Shown: positions 8,057 to 17,675 of the stretch, one piece after another
Numbering within the stretch: the stretch's first letter is position 1
How the letters are laid out: the number at the start of each line of letters is the position of its first letter
Assembly: GCA_944358385.1 (NCBI GenBank)
Contig: CALVQW010000006.1
Location: forward strand, 28,780-92,779
From: an uncultured Clostridia bacterium
Lineage (GTDB): Bacteria; Bacillota; Clostridia; Christensenellales; CAG-917
DNA: 64,000 nucleotides
Reading direction: 5' to 3'
The notes under the pieces: generated by a model
What the model saw: only the letters and a program-made list of their open reading frames with translations
Database searches by the model: none
Told to the model about the DNA's origin: nothing
Translations under genes and position numbers: made by a program

Positions 8057-8962
8057 ATGGACGATAAAGTTGTTGTTTTGCAAAACGATCTGGCATCACT
8101 GCAATTCCGTCTCCCGTTCAGGACGGAGGAGGGGAACAAGGGCAGTTTCGGCAGATGCGTCATTCTTGGTGGCAGTGCGCACTATGTCGGCGCACCTCGG
8201 TTTGCCGCCGAGAGCGCGGCGGAAGTCATCGCGCTTTTGGGCGAGACCGCCATGCGCTCCGGGGCGGGCACCACGGTGCTTGCCGTCCCCGATTTTCTTG
8301 CAAGCGCGCTCTATCCCGTCGTCCGTTATTCCGCCGTTTTCCCCCTGCCGTCCGCAGGAGGGAACATAGTTTTTGAGAAAGAAAGAGCGGAGGAACTCGC
8401 CCGCAAAGCCACTTCTTTTGCGGTGGGTATGGGCATGGCGGACGGCGACGCCGAGAGCTGGACGCGTTTCATCCTCGACGAGACGTGCTGCCGCATGGTC
8501 CTGGATGCGGACGGACTCAAATGCGCGGCAAAGGTTGGGGACTTCAAGGGCAGAGTGGTACTCACTCCCCATGTCGGAGAGTTCGCCGCCATGACGGGGC
8601 TGAGTGCGGAGGAGATCAAGTGTGACACCGCGCGTCTTGCCAGGCAGTATGCCGCCGCGCATGGCTGCATCCTCATAGTCAAGAGCCATGAGAGCTACAT
8701 CAGCGACGGCAGGGAAGTGTGGCTCAACCGCACGGGCAATTCCAAGCTCTCCAAGGGCGGGAGCGGGGATGTGCTTTCGGGCATTATCGGCGGTCTGCTC
8801 GCGTGGGACGTCCCGCCGTTGCTTGCCGCCCGCACGGGCGCATATGTGCTGGGCAGGAGCGCGGAATTCAGCCGTACGAACGCGCTGTCCCACCTTCCCG
8901 ACGACATCATGTCCACCATTCCTCTCGCCTTCGACGAATTGCAGGGAGTGATGCGTCTGTGA
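8057..8962 (+). CDS. nnrD: ADP-dependent NAD(P)H-hydrate dehydratase (YjeF C-terminal type)
   Basis: 301-aa ORF with GGSAHYVGAP, LTPHVGE and KGGSGDVLSG motifs. Confidence 0.85.
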   Translation: MDDKVVVLQNDLASLQFRLPFRTEEGNKGSFGRCVILGGSAHYVGAPRFAAESAAEVIALLGETAMRSGAGTTVLAVPDFLASALYPVVRYSAVFPLPSAGGNIVFEKERAEELARKATSFAVGMGMADGDAESWTRFILDETCCRMVLDADGLKCAAKVGDFKGRVVLTPHVGEFAAMTGLSAEEIKCDTARLARQYAAAHGCILIVKSHESYISDGREVWLNRTGNSKLSKGGSGDVLSGIIGGLLAWDVPPLLAARTGAYVLGRSAEFSRTNALSHLPDDIMSTIPLAFDELQGVMRL

Positions 8963-8986
8963 CCAAAACCGAACTTAAACACACCC

Positions 8987-9013
8987 AAAACGCGCAATGA
9001 ACGCGCGTTTTTG
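8987..9013 (+). terminator. Intrinsic terminator after nnrD
   Basis: AAAACGCGC (8987-8995) pairs with GCGCGTTTT (9003-9011), followed by further T. Confidence 0.8.
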
Positions 9014-9589
9014 TGTATTTATTCCGGTTTGCTTATGCAGTCATTCGACGAATTTGATTTCTGTCTGCTGTCATGTGTTACCCGATATGTTGCTCTTAAA
9101 GGACAAATGACATAAATATAAACGGCAAAGCTCTCGCATCGCGGCAAGCACATTTTACGCTGGCAAATCGATTTTTCATTTTCATGTCTGTTAATACGTT
9201 TGAATTTCTTTGACAGTTCGAAAGGCTAAGTGACGATCATAGGCGGCTTTGGTGTGGCGGAGTATAATGTATACACAGGAAAAGAACTGACGCGGTATGA
9301 ATAACCGACATAGTGATGTCTGCCGATGTTAAATGCGAAAACCCAGACTTGCTGGGCGTCTATCCTGTAAGCGGATTGGATAGCGTTAATGCGTGTTTGC
9401 CGACCGCCCTATATTGAGAAAATGCATCTGAATTAGAAAATACAATGAATATAAGCAAGCTAAAACAATTAGATTGCACCATTATGTATATTTGTTAGCA
9501 TAGTGATAGTCCATTCAGACCGTTTCAACCGGCTAAAAGTGTAGGAGCGGGGAATTATAAGTGAAAATAATGAGTGAAAAAATTTGGGG

Positions 9590-9658
9590 GAATGTGGGAA
9601 ATCTCGTATGCAAAAGATTGCATATTTCTAAATTAAATGTTATAATATTCCCACATTC
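9590..9658 (+). promoter_or_regulatory. Promoter bracketed by nested inverted repeats (candidate operator) upstream of the LysR-type mini-gene
   Basis: TTGCAT (9618-9623), 17 nt, TGt-TATAAT (9638-9646). The -35 lies in the palindrome ATGCAA-AAGA-TTGCAT (9608-9623). The outer 11-bp inverted repeat is GAATGTGGGAA (9590-9600) / TTCCCACATTC (9648-9658). Confidence 0.55.
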
Positions 9659-9681
9659 ATCAAAAATTCGGAGGCAGGGGG

Positions 9682-9945
9682 ATGCTATTCCAAAGAATAA
9701 AATATTTCAACGCCGTGGTGGAACACGGGAGTTTCACGGGAGCGGCGCGGAGTTGTGCCGTGTCTCAATCCGCCGTTTCGCAGCAGGTGGCGGCATTGGA
9801 GACCACCCTTGGCGTCAAGCTCATCGAGAGGGCGGGGAGGGGTTTCAAGCTCACCTCTGCGGGCAAGTATTTTCATGAACAGAGCAAGCCGCTCATCCGG
9901 AAGATAGAGGGGTTGTGCGAGGACATGGCGCGCCTTGAAGAGTGA
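9682..9945 (+). CDS. LysR-type winged-HTH domain only (87 aa, no effector-binding domain)
   Basis: The N-terminus MLFQRIKYFNAVVEHGSFTGAARSCAVSQSAVSQQVAALE is a textbook LTTR HTH. The ORF stops after the linker helix. It has its own SD, promoter and terminator. Confidence 0.6.
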   Translation: MLFQRIKYFNAVVEHGSFTGAARSCAVSQSAVSQQVAALETTLGVKLIERAGRGFKLTSAGKYFHEQSKPLIRKIEGLCEDMARLEE

Positions 9946-9965
9946 TGAAGGATGCAAGATGACCG

Positions 9966-9990
9966 AAACGCGCTGCGGCGCGTTTTTCTT
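9966..9990 (+). terminator. Intrinsic terminator after the LysR-type mini-gene
   Basis: AAACGCGC (9966-9973) pairs with GCGCGTTT (9978-9985), followed by a T-rich tail. Confidence 0.75.
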
Positions 9991-10183
9991 TTGTTTCATC
10001 ATCATGTTGCATGCCAGGCAAAGGAAAGCGGTGCGGAGGGAGAGGCTATGCCGCAAAGAGCGCGACAGGCGTAGTGCCGCCGGTGCGGCATATTTGTAAA
10101 GCGGTTGCGGAGGGAAATGCGCAAAGCGGCGGTGCGTGATGTTGACATGACGCATTGTTTGCGATGCGGACACTATGTGTGGC

Positions 10184-10212
10184 TTGCGTGACGGCGTGGA
10201 AAGAGGTATAAT
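10184..10212 (+). promoter_or_regulatory. Promoter ending 6 nt before the signal-peptidase ATG
   Basis: TTGCGT (10184-10189), 17 nt, TATAAT (10207-10212), GCAGGT, ATG (10219). Confidence 0.45.
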
Positions 10213-10218
10213 GCAGGT

Positions 10219-10842
10219 ATGTCGTCGAGAGGTTTCCGTTCCAAAGAAGAGAGGCGCAAGCTGCCGATGTGGTACAGGGCGTTGTCCGCGGTGCTGATGT
10301 TGCTCGCCGTGGCGGCGGTATGCTTTTGCGGCGGGCTTGCCCTTGTGGCGCGCATGGGGGATGCGGGAGATCCCGTCCTCGGAGCCGTGGTGCTGAGGGT
10401 GGATTCCGGCAGCATGCAGCCCGCATTGGAGCAGGGCGACGTCGTGCTGTTCGACGTATATGACGGCGAAGGGCTGAGCGAGGGCGAAATAGTTCTCTTT
10501 GTCGCGCCGTCGGGCGCGCACGAAGGGGAGCGTATCACCCACCGCATACTGCGCGTCACCGAGACGGAGGAGGGCAGGGTGTACGTCACCAAGGGAGACG
10601 CGGCGGCAACGGAGGACGCGTGGACGCTGACGGACTCGGACATCGAGGGCGTCTATGTCAAAAAGCTTCCCCTTGTCGCGGATGTTGCGGGATATATGCA
10701 GTCGGCGGGCGGAAGGATGCTGGTCATAGGTCTGCCTCTCGTCCTGCTCGCGGCGGTGTTCATTGCGGATTCCGTAGTGGCGGGAAGGCTCGCCGAGGCG
10801 GAGAAAAAGAGGCGGGGAGAGGACGAGGACGTCGCACGGTGA
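10219..10842 (+). CDS. Signal peptidase I, SipW/archaeal (S26B) type
   Basis: 207-aa ORF with an N-terminal TM helix, the SGSMQP serine motif, the ITHRI histidine motif and a C-terminal TM helix. An alternative start is ATG 10267. Confidence 0.8.
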   Translation: MSSRGFRSKEERRKLPMWYRALSAVLMLLAVAAVCFCGGLALVARMGDAGDPVLGAVVLRVDSGSMQPALEQGDVVLFDVYDGEGLSEGEIVLFVAPSGAHEGERITHRILRVTETEEGRVYVTKGDAAATEDAWTLTDSDIEGVYVKKLPLVADVAGYMQSAGGRMLVIGLPLVLLAAVFIADSVVAGRLAEAEKKRRGEDEDVAR

Positions 10843-10874
10843 CTCCCGTCACATTAAAAAGGGAAATTTTTACG

Positions 10875-10899
10875 GGCGCGCGTCTGCGCGCCTTATTTT
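10875..10899 (+). terminator. Intrinsic terminator after the signal peptidase gene
   Basis: GGCGCGC (10875-10881) pairs with GCGCGCC (10886-10892), followed by TTATTTTA. Confidence 0.65.
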
Positions 10900-11028
10900 A
10901 TGCGCGTTATGACGCGCGAATAACGCGCGCGTGCGCGCCCGCGACTATAAATTGTCGCCGTCAACGGTTGCGTTTTGAAAAGCGTTGTGCTAGACTTGTG
11001 ATAATTTCTCCGCTTTGTGAGGTTTCGG

Positions 11029-12555
11029 ATGCTTGCCGGAGTCAAAAGTTACGCATTGGAAGGCTTGGAAGGTTTCGCCGTAGACGTCGAAGTTGACGTC
11101 ACTAACGGCGTGCCCGGAGTGGAGACGGTGGGGCTTGCATCCACTGCCACGAAGGAGTCCAAGGAGAGGGTGCGCGCCGCGATAAAGAACAGCGGTCTGC
11201 CTTATCCCGCCCGCCGCATCACCGTCAATCTCGCTCCCGCCGAGACCAAGAAGGAGGGCGCGTCGCTGGATCTTCCCATAGCGGTCGGTCTCTTGGTATG
11301 CGCCGAAGCGGTGACGGGCAGACTGTACAAGGACTATGTGATGATAGGCGAGCTTGCTCTCAACGGGGACATCAGGCACGTCAACGGCGTCATGCCTCTG
11401 CTCATCTCGGCGATGCAGAGAGGGGAAAGAAAATTCATCATCCCCGCAGCGAACGCCGCAGAAGCGAGCTTCATCGACGGCGCGGACGTCTATGCGTTCG
11501 GGACTTTGCGCGAGGCGGTGGACTTCCTCAACGGAGGGGAGTGCGCTCCCGTGCCCAAGAGAGGGTTCGACGCCGTGCGCGGCGGGATGACTTATGACAT
11601 CGATCTCGCGGACGTTAAGGGACAAGCCGTCGCAAAACGCGCGTTGGAGATCGCGGTCGCGGGCGGACACAACGTGTTGATGTCAGGTCCTCCCGGAGCG
11701 GGCAAGACCATGCTTGCCAAGTGCGTCCCCACCATCATGCCAGATATGACCTTCGAGGAGGCGTTGGAGGCGACCAAGATCCACAGCGTGGCGGGCATCC
11801 TGGACGGCGCGGAAGGCATCGTGGGAGTGAGACCTTTCAGGACTCCCCACCACACCGTCACCGTCCCCGCGCTCATCGGAGGCGGCGCAAAGGCGCGTCC
11901 CGGCGAGGTGAGCCTTGCGCACAACGGAGTGCTTTTCCTGGACGAGATGCCGGAGTACAGCCGTCACGCCTTGGAGACGCTGCGTCAGCCCTTGGAGGAC
12001 AAGAAGGTGTCCGTAGCGCGCGTCATGCGCTCGGTGGAATATCCCGCCAACTTCATGCTGGTGGCGAGCATGAACCCCTGCCCCTGCGGCAATTACGGCT
12101 CGCGCACGCAGACTTGCAGGTGTACTGCGGCGCAGATCCACGCCTATCTTTCCAAGCTCAGCGGTCCGTTGCTGGACAGGATAGACCTCATGATCGAGGT
12201 GGACGGAGTGGAGTACTCCGAGCTGCGCGGAGGCGGAGACGGAGAGAGTTCCGCAGCCGTCAAGGAGAGAGTGGAGCGCGCGCGTGCGATACAGCGCGAG
12301 AGATTCGAGGGGAGAGACATCTCCACCAACTCGCAGATGAACGCCAGAGACATCGCCAAGTGGTGCGCCGTGGACGAGAACGGGGAGCGTATCCTCAAAA
12401 AGGCTTTCGACAAGATGGGACTGACCGCGAGAGCGACCACGCGCATCCTCAAAGTGGCGCGCACCATAGCCGACCTTGCGGGAGAGAAGGACATCATGCC
12501 CGTGCATCTTGCGGAGGCTATACAGTACAGAAACACGGAAAGGAAGTATATCTGA
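11029..12555 (+). CDS. comM: Mg-chelatase-like AAA+ ATPase, YifB/ComM family
   Basis: ORF-track 11017..12555, with ATG 11029 after GAGG. It has an N-terminal Lon-like domain and Walker A GPPGAGKT. The C-terminal region is typical of ComM. Confidence 0.9.
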   Translation: MLAGVKSYALEGLEGFAVDVEVDVTNGVPGVETVGLASTATKESKERVRAAIKNSGLPYPARRITVNLAPAETKKEGASLDLPIAVGLLVCAEAVTGRLYKDYVMIGELALNGDIRHVNGVMPLLISAMQRGERKFIIPAANAAEASFIDGADVYAFGTLREAVDFLNGGECAPVPKRGFDAVRGGMTYDIDLADVKGQAVAKRALEIAVAGGHNVLMSGPPGAGKTMLAKCVPTIMPDMTFEEALEATKIHSVAGILDGAEGIVGVRPFRTPHHTVTVPALIGGGAKARPGEVSLAHNGVLFLDEMPEYSRHALETLRQPLEDKKVSVARVMRSVEYPANFMLVASMNPCPCGNYGSRTQTCRCTAAQIHAYLSKLSGPLLDRIDLMIEVDGVEYSELRGGGDGESSAAVKERVERARAIQRERFEGRDISTNSQMNARDIAKWCAVDENGERILKKAFDKMGLTARATTRILKVARTIADLAGEKDIMPVHLAEAIQYRNTERKYI

Positions 12556-13637
12556 TGAACGGACGGGACGCGGATTCCAAAGTGCTGGTCGCGTTGCAGC
12601 GGGTGGAGAAACTCTCTCCCCGCCGTCGTTCGCTGTTGCTGGAACAGTGCACGCTGCCTTCGGGACTGCTCTCCGAGGAGATGCGTCCCGCACTCAACGC
12701 GGCTCTCGGCGAGAGCGTGACGGACTTTTTCCGTTTCCTCGACGAGTGGGATGAGTGGGCGGACTCCGTGGCGGAGAGAGGGATGGGATGGGTGACCGTC
12801 CTCGACGACGAGTACTCCGACCTCCTGCGTGAGACGGAAGGGTGCCCTCCCGTGCTCTTCACCAAGGGGAATGCGGGGCTGTTGAAAACGTTTTCGCTGG
12901 CGATAGTGGGCACGCGGCGTCCCACGCGCTACGGCGCGAAGATAGCGGACGAGTTCGCAAGAGCGTTCGCGGCGGCGGGAGTCACGGTGGTGTCCGGGTT
13001 TGCACGGGGCATAGACTCCTGCGCGCACCGCGCCTGCGTGGAGAGCGACGCGCCCACGGTGGCGGTGTTCGGGTGCGGCGTGGACGTGTGCTATCCAGCG
13101 GAGAACCGCGAACTTTACGACGCGGTGCTGTCGGGCGGCGGGCTTTTTGTCTCGGAGTATCCTCCCGGAGCGCATCCCATGCCGTACAGATTCCCGGAGC
13201 GCAACCGCATCATCAGCGGGCTTTGCAGGGGAGTGCTGCTCCCAGAAGCCGCGGAAAAGAGCGGATCGCTCATCACAGCCAATACCGCCGTGGAACAGGG
13301 CAGGGATCTCTTTGTCGTTCCCGGCAACATCTATTCCCCGGAGAGCAGGGGGACGAACGCGCTTTTGGGCAGCATGCCCCACGCGCTCACCCTTTCTCCG
13401 GAGGACGTTCTCGAACGCTACCGCATCACCCCTCCCGCAAAGGAGAAGGAGGAGGCAGTGCAGTTCGACATGACCGAGACGCTGGTGCTCGGATGCCTGC
13501 ACGAGGGCGAGAAGCATTTCGAAGAGCTGCTCGCCGAGACGGGGCTGAAAGCGCAGGAACTTTCCACCGTGCTTGTCAATCTCGAACTTGCGGGCGCGCT
13601 CGTACAGACGGGCGGCAACCATTACGCATTGTGTTAA
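12555..13637 (+). CDS. dprA: DNA-processing protein DprA
   Basis: In-frame 3' part of ORF-track 11721..13637. The ATG overlaps the comM stop (TGATG). IVGTRRPTRYG, GFARGIDSCAH and FPERNRIISGL motifs are present. Confidence 0.9.
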   Translation: MNGRDADSKVLVALQRVEKLSPRRRSLLLEQCTLPSGLLSEEMRPALNAALGESVTDFFRFLDEWDEWADSVAERGMGWVTVLDDEYSDLLRETEGCPPVLFTKGNAGLLKTFSLAIVGTRRPTRYGAKIADEFARAFAAAGVTVVSGFARGIDSCAHRACVESDAPTVAVFGCGVDVCYPAENRELYDAVLSGGGLFVSEYPPGAHPMPYRFPERNRIISGLCRGVLLPEAAEKSGSLITANTAVEQGRDLFVVPGNIYSPESRGTNALLGSMPHALTLSPEDVLERYRITPPAKEKEEAVQFDMTETLVLGCLHEGEKHFEELLAETGLKAQELSTVLVNLELAGALVQTGGNHYALC

Positions 13638-13647
13638 AGGAGACGGA

Positions 13648-15783
13648 ATGAAAGATCTCATCATCGTGGAGTCGCCTTCCAAGGCAAAGACGATACAGAA
13701 ATATCTCGGCGGCGACGCCGATGTGCTTGCGTCCAAGGGACACGTCTGCGACCTGCCGCAGAGGACGTTGGGCATAGACATAGAGCACGGTTTCAAGCCG
13801 CAGTACGTCATTTCCCCCGAGAAGGAGGAGACCATCAAACGCCTTTCCCAGGCGGTGGGCAAGCACGCCAATGTCTATCTCGCCACCGACCCGGACCGCG
13901 AAGGCGAGGCGATAAGCTGGCATCTCAAAAACACCCTCGGCATCAAGGACGGGAAGGTGAGGATAGAGTTCAACGAGATCTCTCCCAAAGCCGTCCGCGC
14001 CGCCATGCAGAACCCCCGCGAGATAGACATGAATCTCGTGGATTCCCAGCAGGCGAGGAGGGTGCTGGACAGGCTGGTGGGTTACAAGATCTCTCCCATA
14101 CTCTCAAGGAAGATAAAGTCCGGCAAAAAGACGGGGCTTTCGGCGGGACGAGTGCAGTCCGCCGCCCTCAAGATGATCGTGGACCGCGAGAACGAGATCC
14201 GCAATTTCGTGCCGGAGGAGTATTGGAACATCTTTGCCATGCTGCTCAAAGCGGGTGCGTCTCCCACCAAAGCCAACATCTTCAAGGCGGCGTTCAACGA
14301 TATCGCGGGCGAGAAGGTCAAGGTGGGCAACGAGGCGGAGGCGGAGAGGATAATGCAGCTCATGCGCCGCTCCCGCTATGCCGTGGACGAGGTGAAAAAG
14401 AGCGTCAGCACCGCAAAACCCGCGCCTCCCTTCACCACCAGCACCTTGCAGCAGGACGCCAACCACAAGCTCAACATGTCCGCGGACAAAGCCATGCGCG
14501 TGGCGCAGCAGCTTTACGAAGGCGTGGAGATAGCGGGGGAGGGATTGCACGCGCTCATCACCTACATCCGCACGGACAGCGTGCGCGTGTCTCCGGATTT
14601 CGCGCGCGGCGCACTCACTTTCATTGAGGAGAACTACGGCAAGGAATATGCACCCTCCGTCCCCAACGTGTACAAGACGGGCGCGAACGCGCAGGACGCT
14701 CACGAGGCGATCCGTCCCATCTCCCTCGCGCGCACTCCCAAGTCGCTGGAAGGCAAGATCGACCGCGACCAGTTCAGGCTGTACAAGCTGATATACGAGC
14801 GTTTCCTCGCCTCGCAGATGAAGGCGGCGCAGTACAACACCATGCGCGTACACATCACGGGAAGCGGCACGGAATGCGAACTAGGTTTTGTGGTGAAAGG
14901 AAGGAGCGTGAAGTTCAAGGGTTTCACTGTCGTCTACACCGCTGCGGCGGCGAAGGCGGAGGAGGAGCAGGAGGAGATGGACACCCTTCCCGACCTCAAC
15001 GAGGGGGAACAGCTCTCCCTTTACGACATCTCCGGAGAGCAGAAGTTCACAAAGCCGCCCGCGCGCTACAATGACGCCACTCTCGTCAAGGCGATGGAGG
15101 AGAACGGCATCGGACGTCCCAGCACTTATGCCTCCATCATCTCCGTGCTTGCCAAGCGCGAGTATACGGAGAAGGAGAGCAAGTCCATCAAGCCCACTCA
15201 GCTCGGAGAGATCGTCTGCGAGTATATGGAAAAGAATTTCCCGGACATCATGAACCTCGGTTTCACGGCGAGGCTGGAAGGCGCGCTGGACAAGGTGGCA
15301 GACGGCGAACAGCATTGGGAGGAACTGATCGGAGCGTTCTATCCCAGGCTGCAAAAATTCATCGACCGTGCCTATCATTCGGGCGGCGGCGGGAAGCTCC
15401 CCGACGAGGAGAGCGACGTCGTGTGCGAGAAGTGCGGCGCGAAGATGGTGGTGAAAGAGGGCAAGTACGGCAAATTCCTCGCCTGTCCCAACTATCCCGA
15501 GTGCAAGAACATCAAGAGATTCGTGGAAGTGGTGGGCAAGTGTCCCAAGTGCGGCGGCGACATCGTGAAAAAGACCAGCCGCGCGGGAAAGATATTCTAC
15601 GGCTGCGACAACTATCCCAAGTGTGATTTCACCTGCTGGGATCTGCCCGCACCCAAGCTCTGTCCCGATTGCGGCGGCGCGATGCGCGTCTCCGGGAGAG
15701 GGGAGAAAAAGACCTACGTGTGCATGAACAAGTCCTGCGGTCACCGTGAGGCTGCCCCCGCACCCGCGGAGGAGAACAAATGA
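13648..15783 (+). CDS. topA: DNA topoisomerase I
   Basis: In-frame part of ORF-track 13573..15783. ATG 13648 follows AAAGGAGA. It has the Toprim N-terminus IIVESPSKAKTIQKYLG, the active-site region LITYIRTDS and C-terminal CxxC zinc ribbons. Confidence 0.95.
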   Translation: MKDLIIVESPSKAKTIQKYLGGDADVLASKGHVCDLPQRTLGIDIEHGFKPQYVISPEKEETIKRLSQAVGKHANVYLATDPDREGEAISWHLKNTLGIKDGKVRIEFNEISPKAVRAAMQNPREIDMNLVDSQQARRVLDRLVGYKISPILSRKIKSGKKTGLSAGRVQSAALKMIVDRENEIRNFVPEEYWNIFAMLLKAGASPTKANIFKAAFNDIAGEKVKVGNEAEAERIMQLMRRSRYAVDEVKKSVSTAKPAPPFTTSTLQQDANHKLNMSADKAMRVAQQLYEGVEIAGEGLHALITYIRTDSVRVSPDFARGALTFIEENYGKEYAPSVPNVYKTGANAQDAHEAIRPISLARTPKSLEGKIDRDQFRLYKLIYERFLASQMKAAQYNTMRVHITGSGTECELGFVVKGRSVKFKGFTVVYTAAAAKAEEEQEEMDTLPDLNEGEQLSLYDISGEQKFTKPPARYNDATLVKAMEENGIGRPSTYASIISVLAKREYTEKESKSIKPTQLGEIVCEYMEKNFPDIMNLGFTARLEGALDKVADGEQHWEELIGAFYPRLQKFIDRAYHSGGGGKLPDEESDVVCEKCGAKMVVKEGKYGKFLACPNYPECKNIKRFVEVVGKCPKCGGDIVKKTSRAGKIFYGCDNYPKCDFTCWDLPAPKLCPDCGGAMRVSGRGEKKTYVCMNKSCGHREAAPAPAEENK

Positions 15784-17084
15784 ATCCCGTCGTGACCGTC
15801 GTCGGAGGAGGACTTGCGGGCGCGGAAGCGGCGTTGCAGCTCCTGAAGCGAGGTTTCGGCGTGAGGATGTACGAGATGCGCCCCGCAAAAAGCACGGGTG
15901 CGCATTCCACGGCGGGACTTGCGGAACTCGTGTGTTCCAATTCCCTCAAATCCGAGGCGGAGGAGACCGCGTCGGGAACGCTGAAAGGGGAGCTGGATGC
16001 GCTGGGCTGCGAGCTTTTGCGGCTTGCGAGGGAGTGCAGAGTGCCTTCGGGCAGCGCGCTCGCGGTGGACAGAGAGGCTTTCTCCTCCGCCGTGGAACGC
16101 GAGCTTGCCTCTCACCCCCGTTTCGAGCTTGTGCGCGAGGAGGTGACGGACATCCCGTCCTCTCCCGCGGTCATCGCCACCGGTCCTCTGACGTCGGACG
16201 CGCTCACGGCAAAGCTCTCCGCCCTGACGGGAGAGGAGAATCTGCACTTTTACGACGCGATCGCCCCCATCGTCGAGCTGTCCTCGGTGGATATGTCGAG
16301 GGCGTATTTCGGCGGCAGATACGGACGAGGGGAGGACTATCTCAATCTCCCCATGGAAATGGAGGAGTACCGCGCCTTCCGCGAAGCACTCGTCTCGGCG
16401 GAGACGGTGTTGCTTAAAAACTTCGAGAAGAGAGAGCTTTTCGAGGGGTGTATGCCCATAGAGGAGATCGCAAAGAGGGGAGAGGATGCGATGCGTTTCG
16501 GACCTCTGCGCCCCGTGGGACTGCGCGATCCCGCCACGGGAAAGGGCGCGTATGCGGTCGTCCAGCTGCGCAAGGAGAGCGTGAGAGGGGATTGCTGGAA
16601 TCTTGTCGGTTTCCAGACTAATCTCACTTTCGGGGAACAGAAGCGGGTGTTCGGCATGATTCCCGCGCTCAGGGAGGCGGAATTCGTAAGATACGGCGTC
16701 ATGCACCGCAACACCTATCTCAACTCGGCGGGGAAACTTAATGCGTGTTTCAGGTTCGAGGGAGAGAATGTGCTGTACATAGCGGGACAGCTCACGGGCG
16801 TGGAAGGCTATGTGGAGAGCATCATGAGCGGGCTTATGGCGGGAGTCTCGCTGGCGAGGGAACTGAGAGGGGAAGCCCCCGTTCTTCCTCCCGACACCAC
16901 CGTCACGGGCGCGCTCGCCCGCTACGTCGCGGCTGCGGGAACGGGATTCCAGCCCATGAATGCGAATTTCGGGCTGCTCCCGCCCGTCACGGGCGCGGCA
17001 AAAAAAGAGAGAAAGAAAGTCTATCACGAGCGCGCGCTGCGTGATATAATGAAATTTGCCTCGGAGACGGGGTATACACACTGA
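15780..17084 (+). CDS. trmFO: Methylenetetrahydrofolate--tRNA-(uracil-5)-methyltransferase
   Basis: 434-aa ORF with the FAD-binding N-terminus VVGGGLAGAEAA and LVCSNSLKS. The start overlaps the topA stop (ATGA). Confidence 0.93.
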   Translation: MNPVVTVVGGGLAGAEAALQLLKRGFGVRMYEMRPAKSTGAHSTAGLAELVCSNSLKSEAEETASGTLKGELDALGCELLRLARECRVPSGSALAVDREAFSSAVERELASHPRFELVREEVTDIPSSPAVIATGPLTSDALTAKLSALTGEENLHFYDAIAPIVELSSVDMSRAYFGGRYGRGEDYLNLPMEMEEYRAFREALVSAETVLLKNFEKRELFEGCMPIEEIAKRGEDAMRFGPLRPVGLRDPATGKGAYAVVQLRKESVRGDCWNLVGFQTNLTFGEQKRVFGMIPALREAEFVRYGVMHRNTYLNSAGKLNACFRFEGENVLYIAGQLTGVEGYVESIMSGLMAGVSLARELRGEAPVLPPDTTVTGALARYVAAAGTGFQPMNANFGLLPPVTGAAKKERKKVYHERALRDIMKFASETGYTH

Positions 17085-17132
17085 TATTGCGGCGCAACGC
17101 GCCGTGCCGGAGATCCCGGCGGAGGAAGATAT

Positions 17133-17666
17133 ATGGAATTCAGAGGAACCACCATCTGCGCCGTCAAAAGGAAGGGCATGACTGCCATCGCGGGCGACGG
17201 ACAGGTCACCATGGGCGAGAGCGTCATCATGAAAGGCAACGCCGTCAAGGTGAAGCGCATCTACAACGGCAAAGTCGTCATCGGATTTGCAGGCTCCGTG
17301 TCCGACGCCTTCGCGCTTTCGGAAAAATTTGAAGAAATGCTGCAAAAATACAGCGGTAATCTCATGCGCTCCGCAGTCGAACTTGCGGAACTTTGGCGCA
17401 GCGACAAGATGTACCGCAAGCTGGAAGCTCTGCTCATCGTGGCGGACGCGTCCTCCCTCTACATCGTGTCGGGCAGCGGAGAGGTCATCGAGCCTGAGAG
17501 CGGCATCTGCGCAATAGGCAGCGGCGGCAATTACGCCCTTGCGGCTGCGCGCGCGCTTGCCGGTGCCACCGACCTCGATGCAAAAGAGATCGCCGTGCGC
17601 GCTCTCAAGATCGCGTCGGAACTTTGCGTGTTCACCAACGACCACATCACCGTCGAGACGGTTTAA
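17133..17666 (+). CDS. hslV: ATP-dependent protease subunit HslV
   Basis: 177-aa ORF with SD GGAGGAAG. The N-terminal GTTICAV Thr-protease motif and [11 protein letters not shown] are present. Confidence 0.95.
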   Translation: MEFRGTTICAVKRKGMTAIAGDGQVTMGESVIMKGNAVKVKRIYNGKVVIGFAGSVSDAFALSEKFEEMLQKYSGNLMRSAVELAELWRSDKMYRKLEALLIVADASSLYIVSGSGEVIEPESGICAIGSGGNYALAAARALAGATDLDAKEIAVRALKIASELCVFTNDHITVETV

Positions 17667-17675
17667 GGAGACATC

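Noticed and set aside
9471-9503. dif-like sequence (TTGCACCATTA-TGTATA-TTTGTTAGCAT) in the A/T-rich islet
   Set aside because: Only the central ATGTATATT block matches the XerCD dif consensus. Both binding arms match poorly (about 4 of 11 on the left arm). The uniform + strand gene orientation argues against a replication terminus here.
11721-12554. N-terminal extensions of ORF-track entries (dprA 11721, topA 13573, lspA 47286, engB 55297, hisS 19032 and others)
   Set aside because: The extensions run through the preceding gene or through promoter/terminator DNA, and they lack homology-like sequence. Internal ATGs preceded by SDs, or overlapping the upstream stop, give N-termini that start at the expected family motifs.
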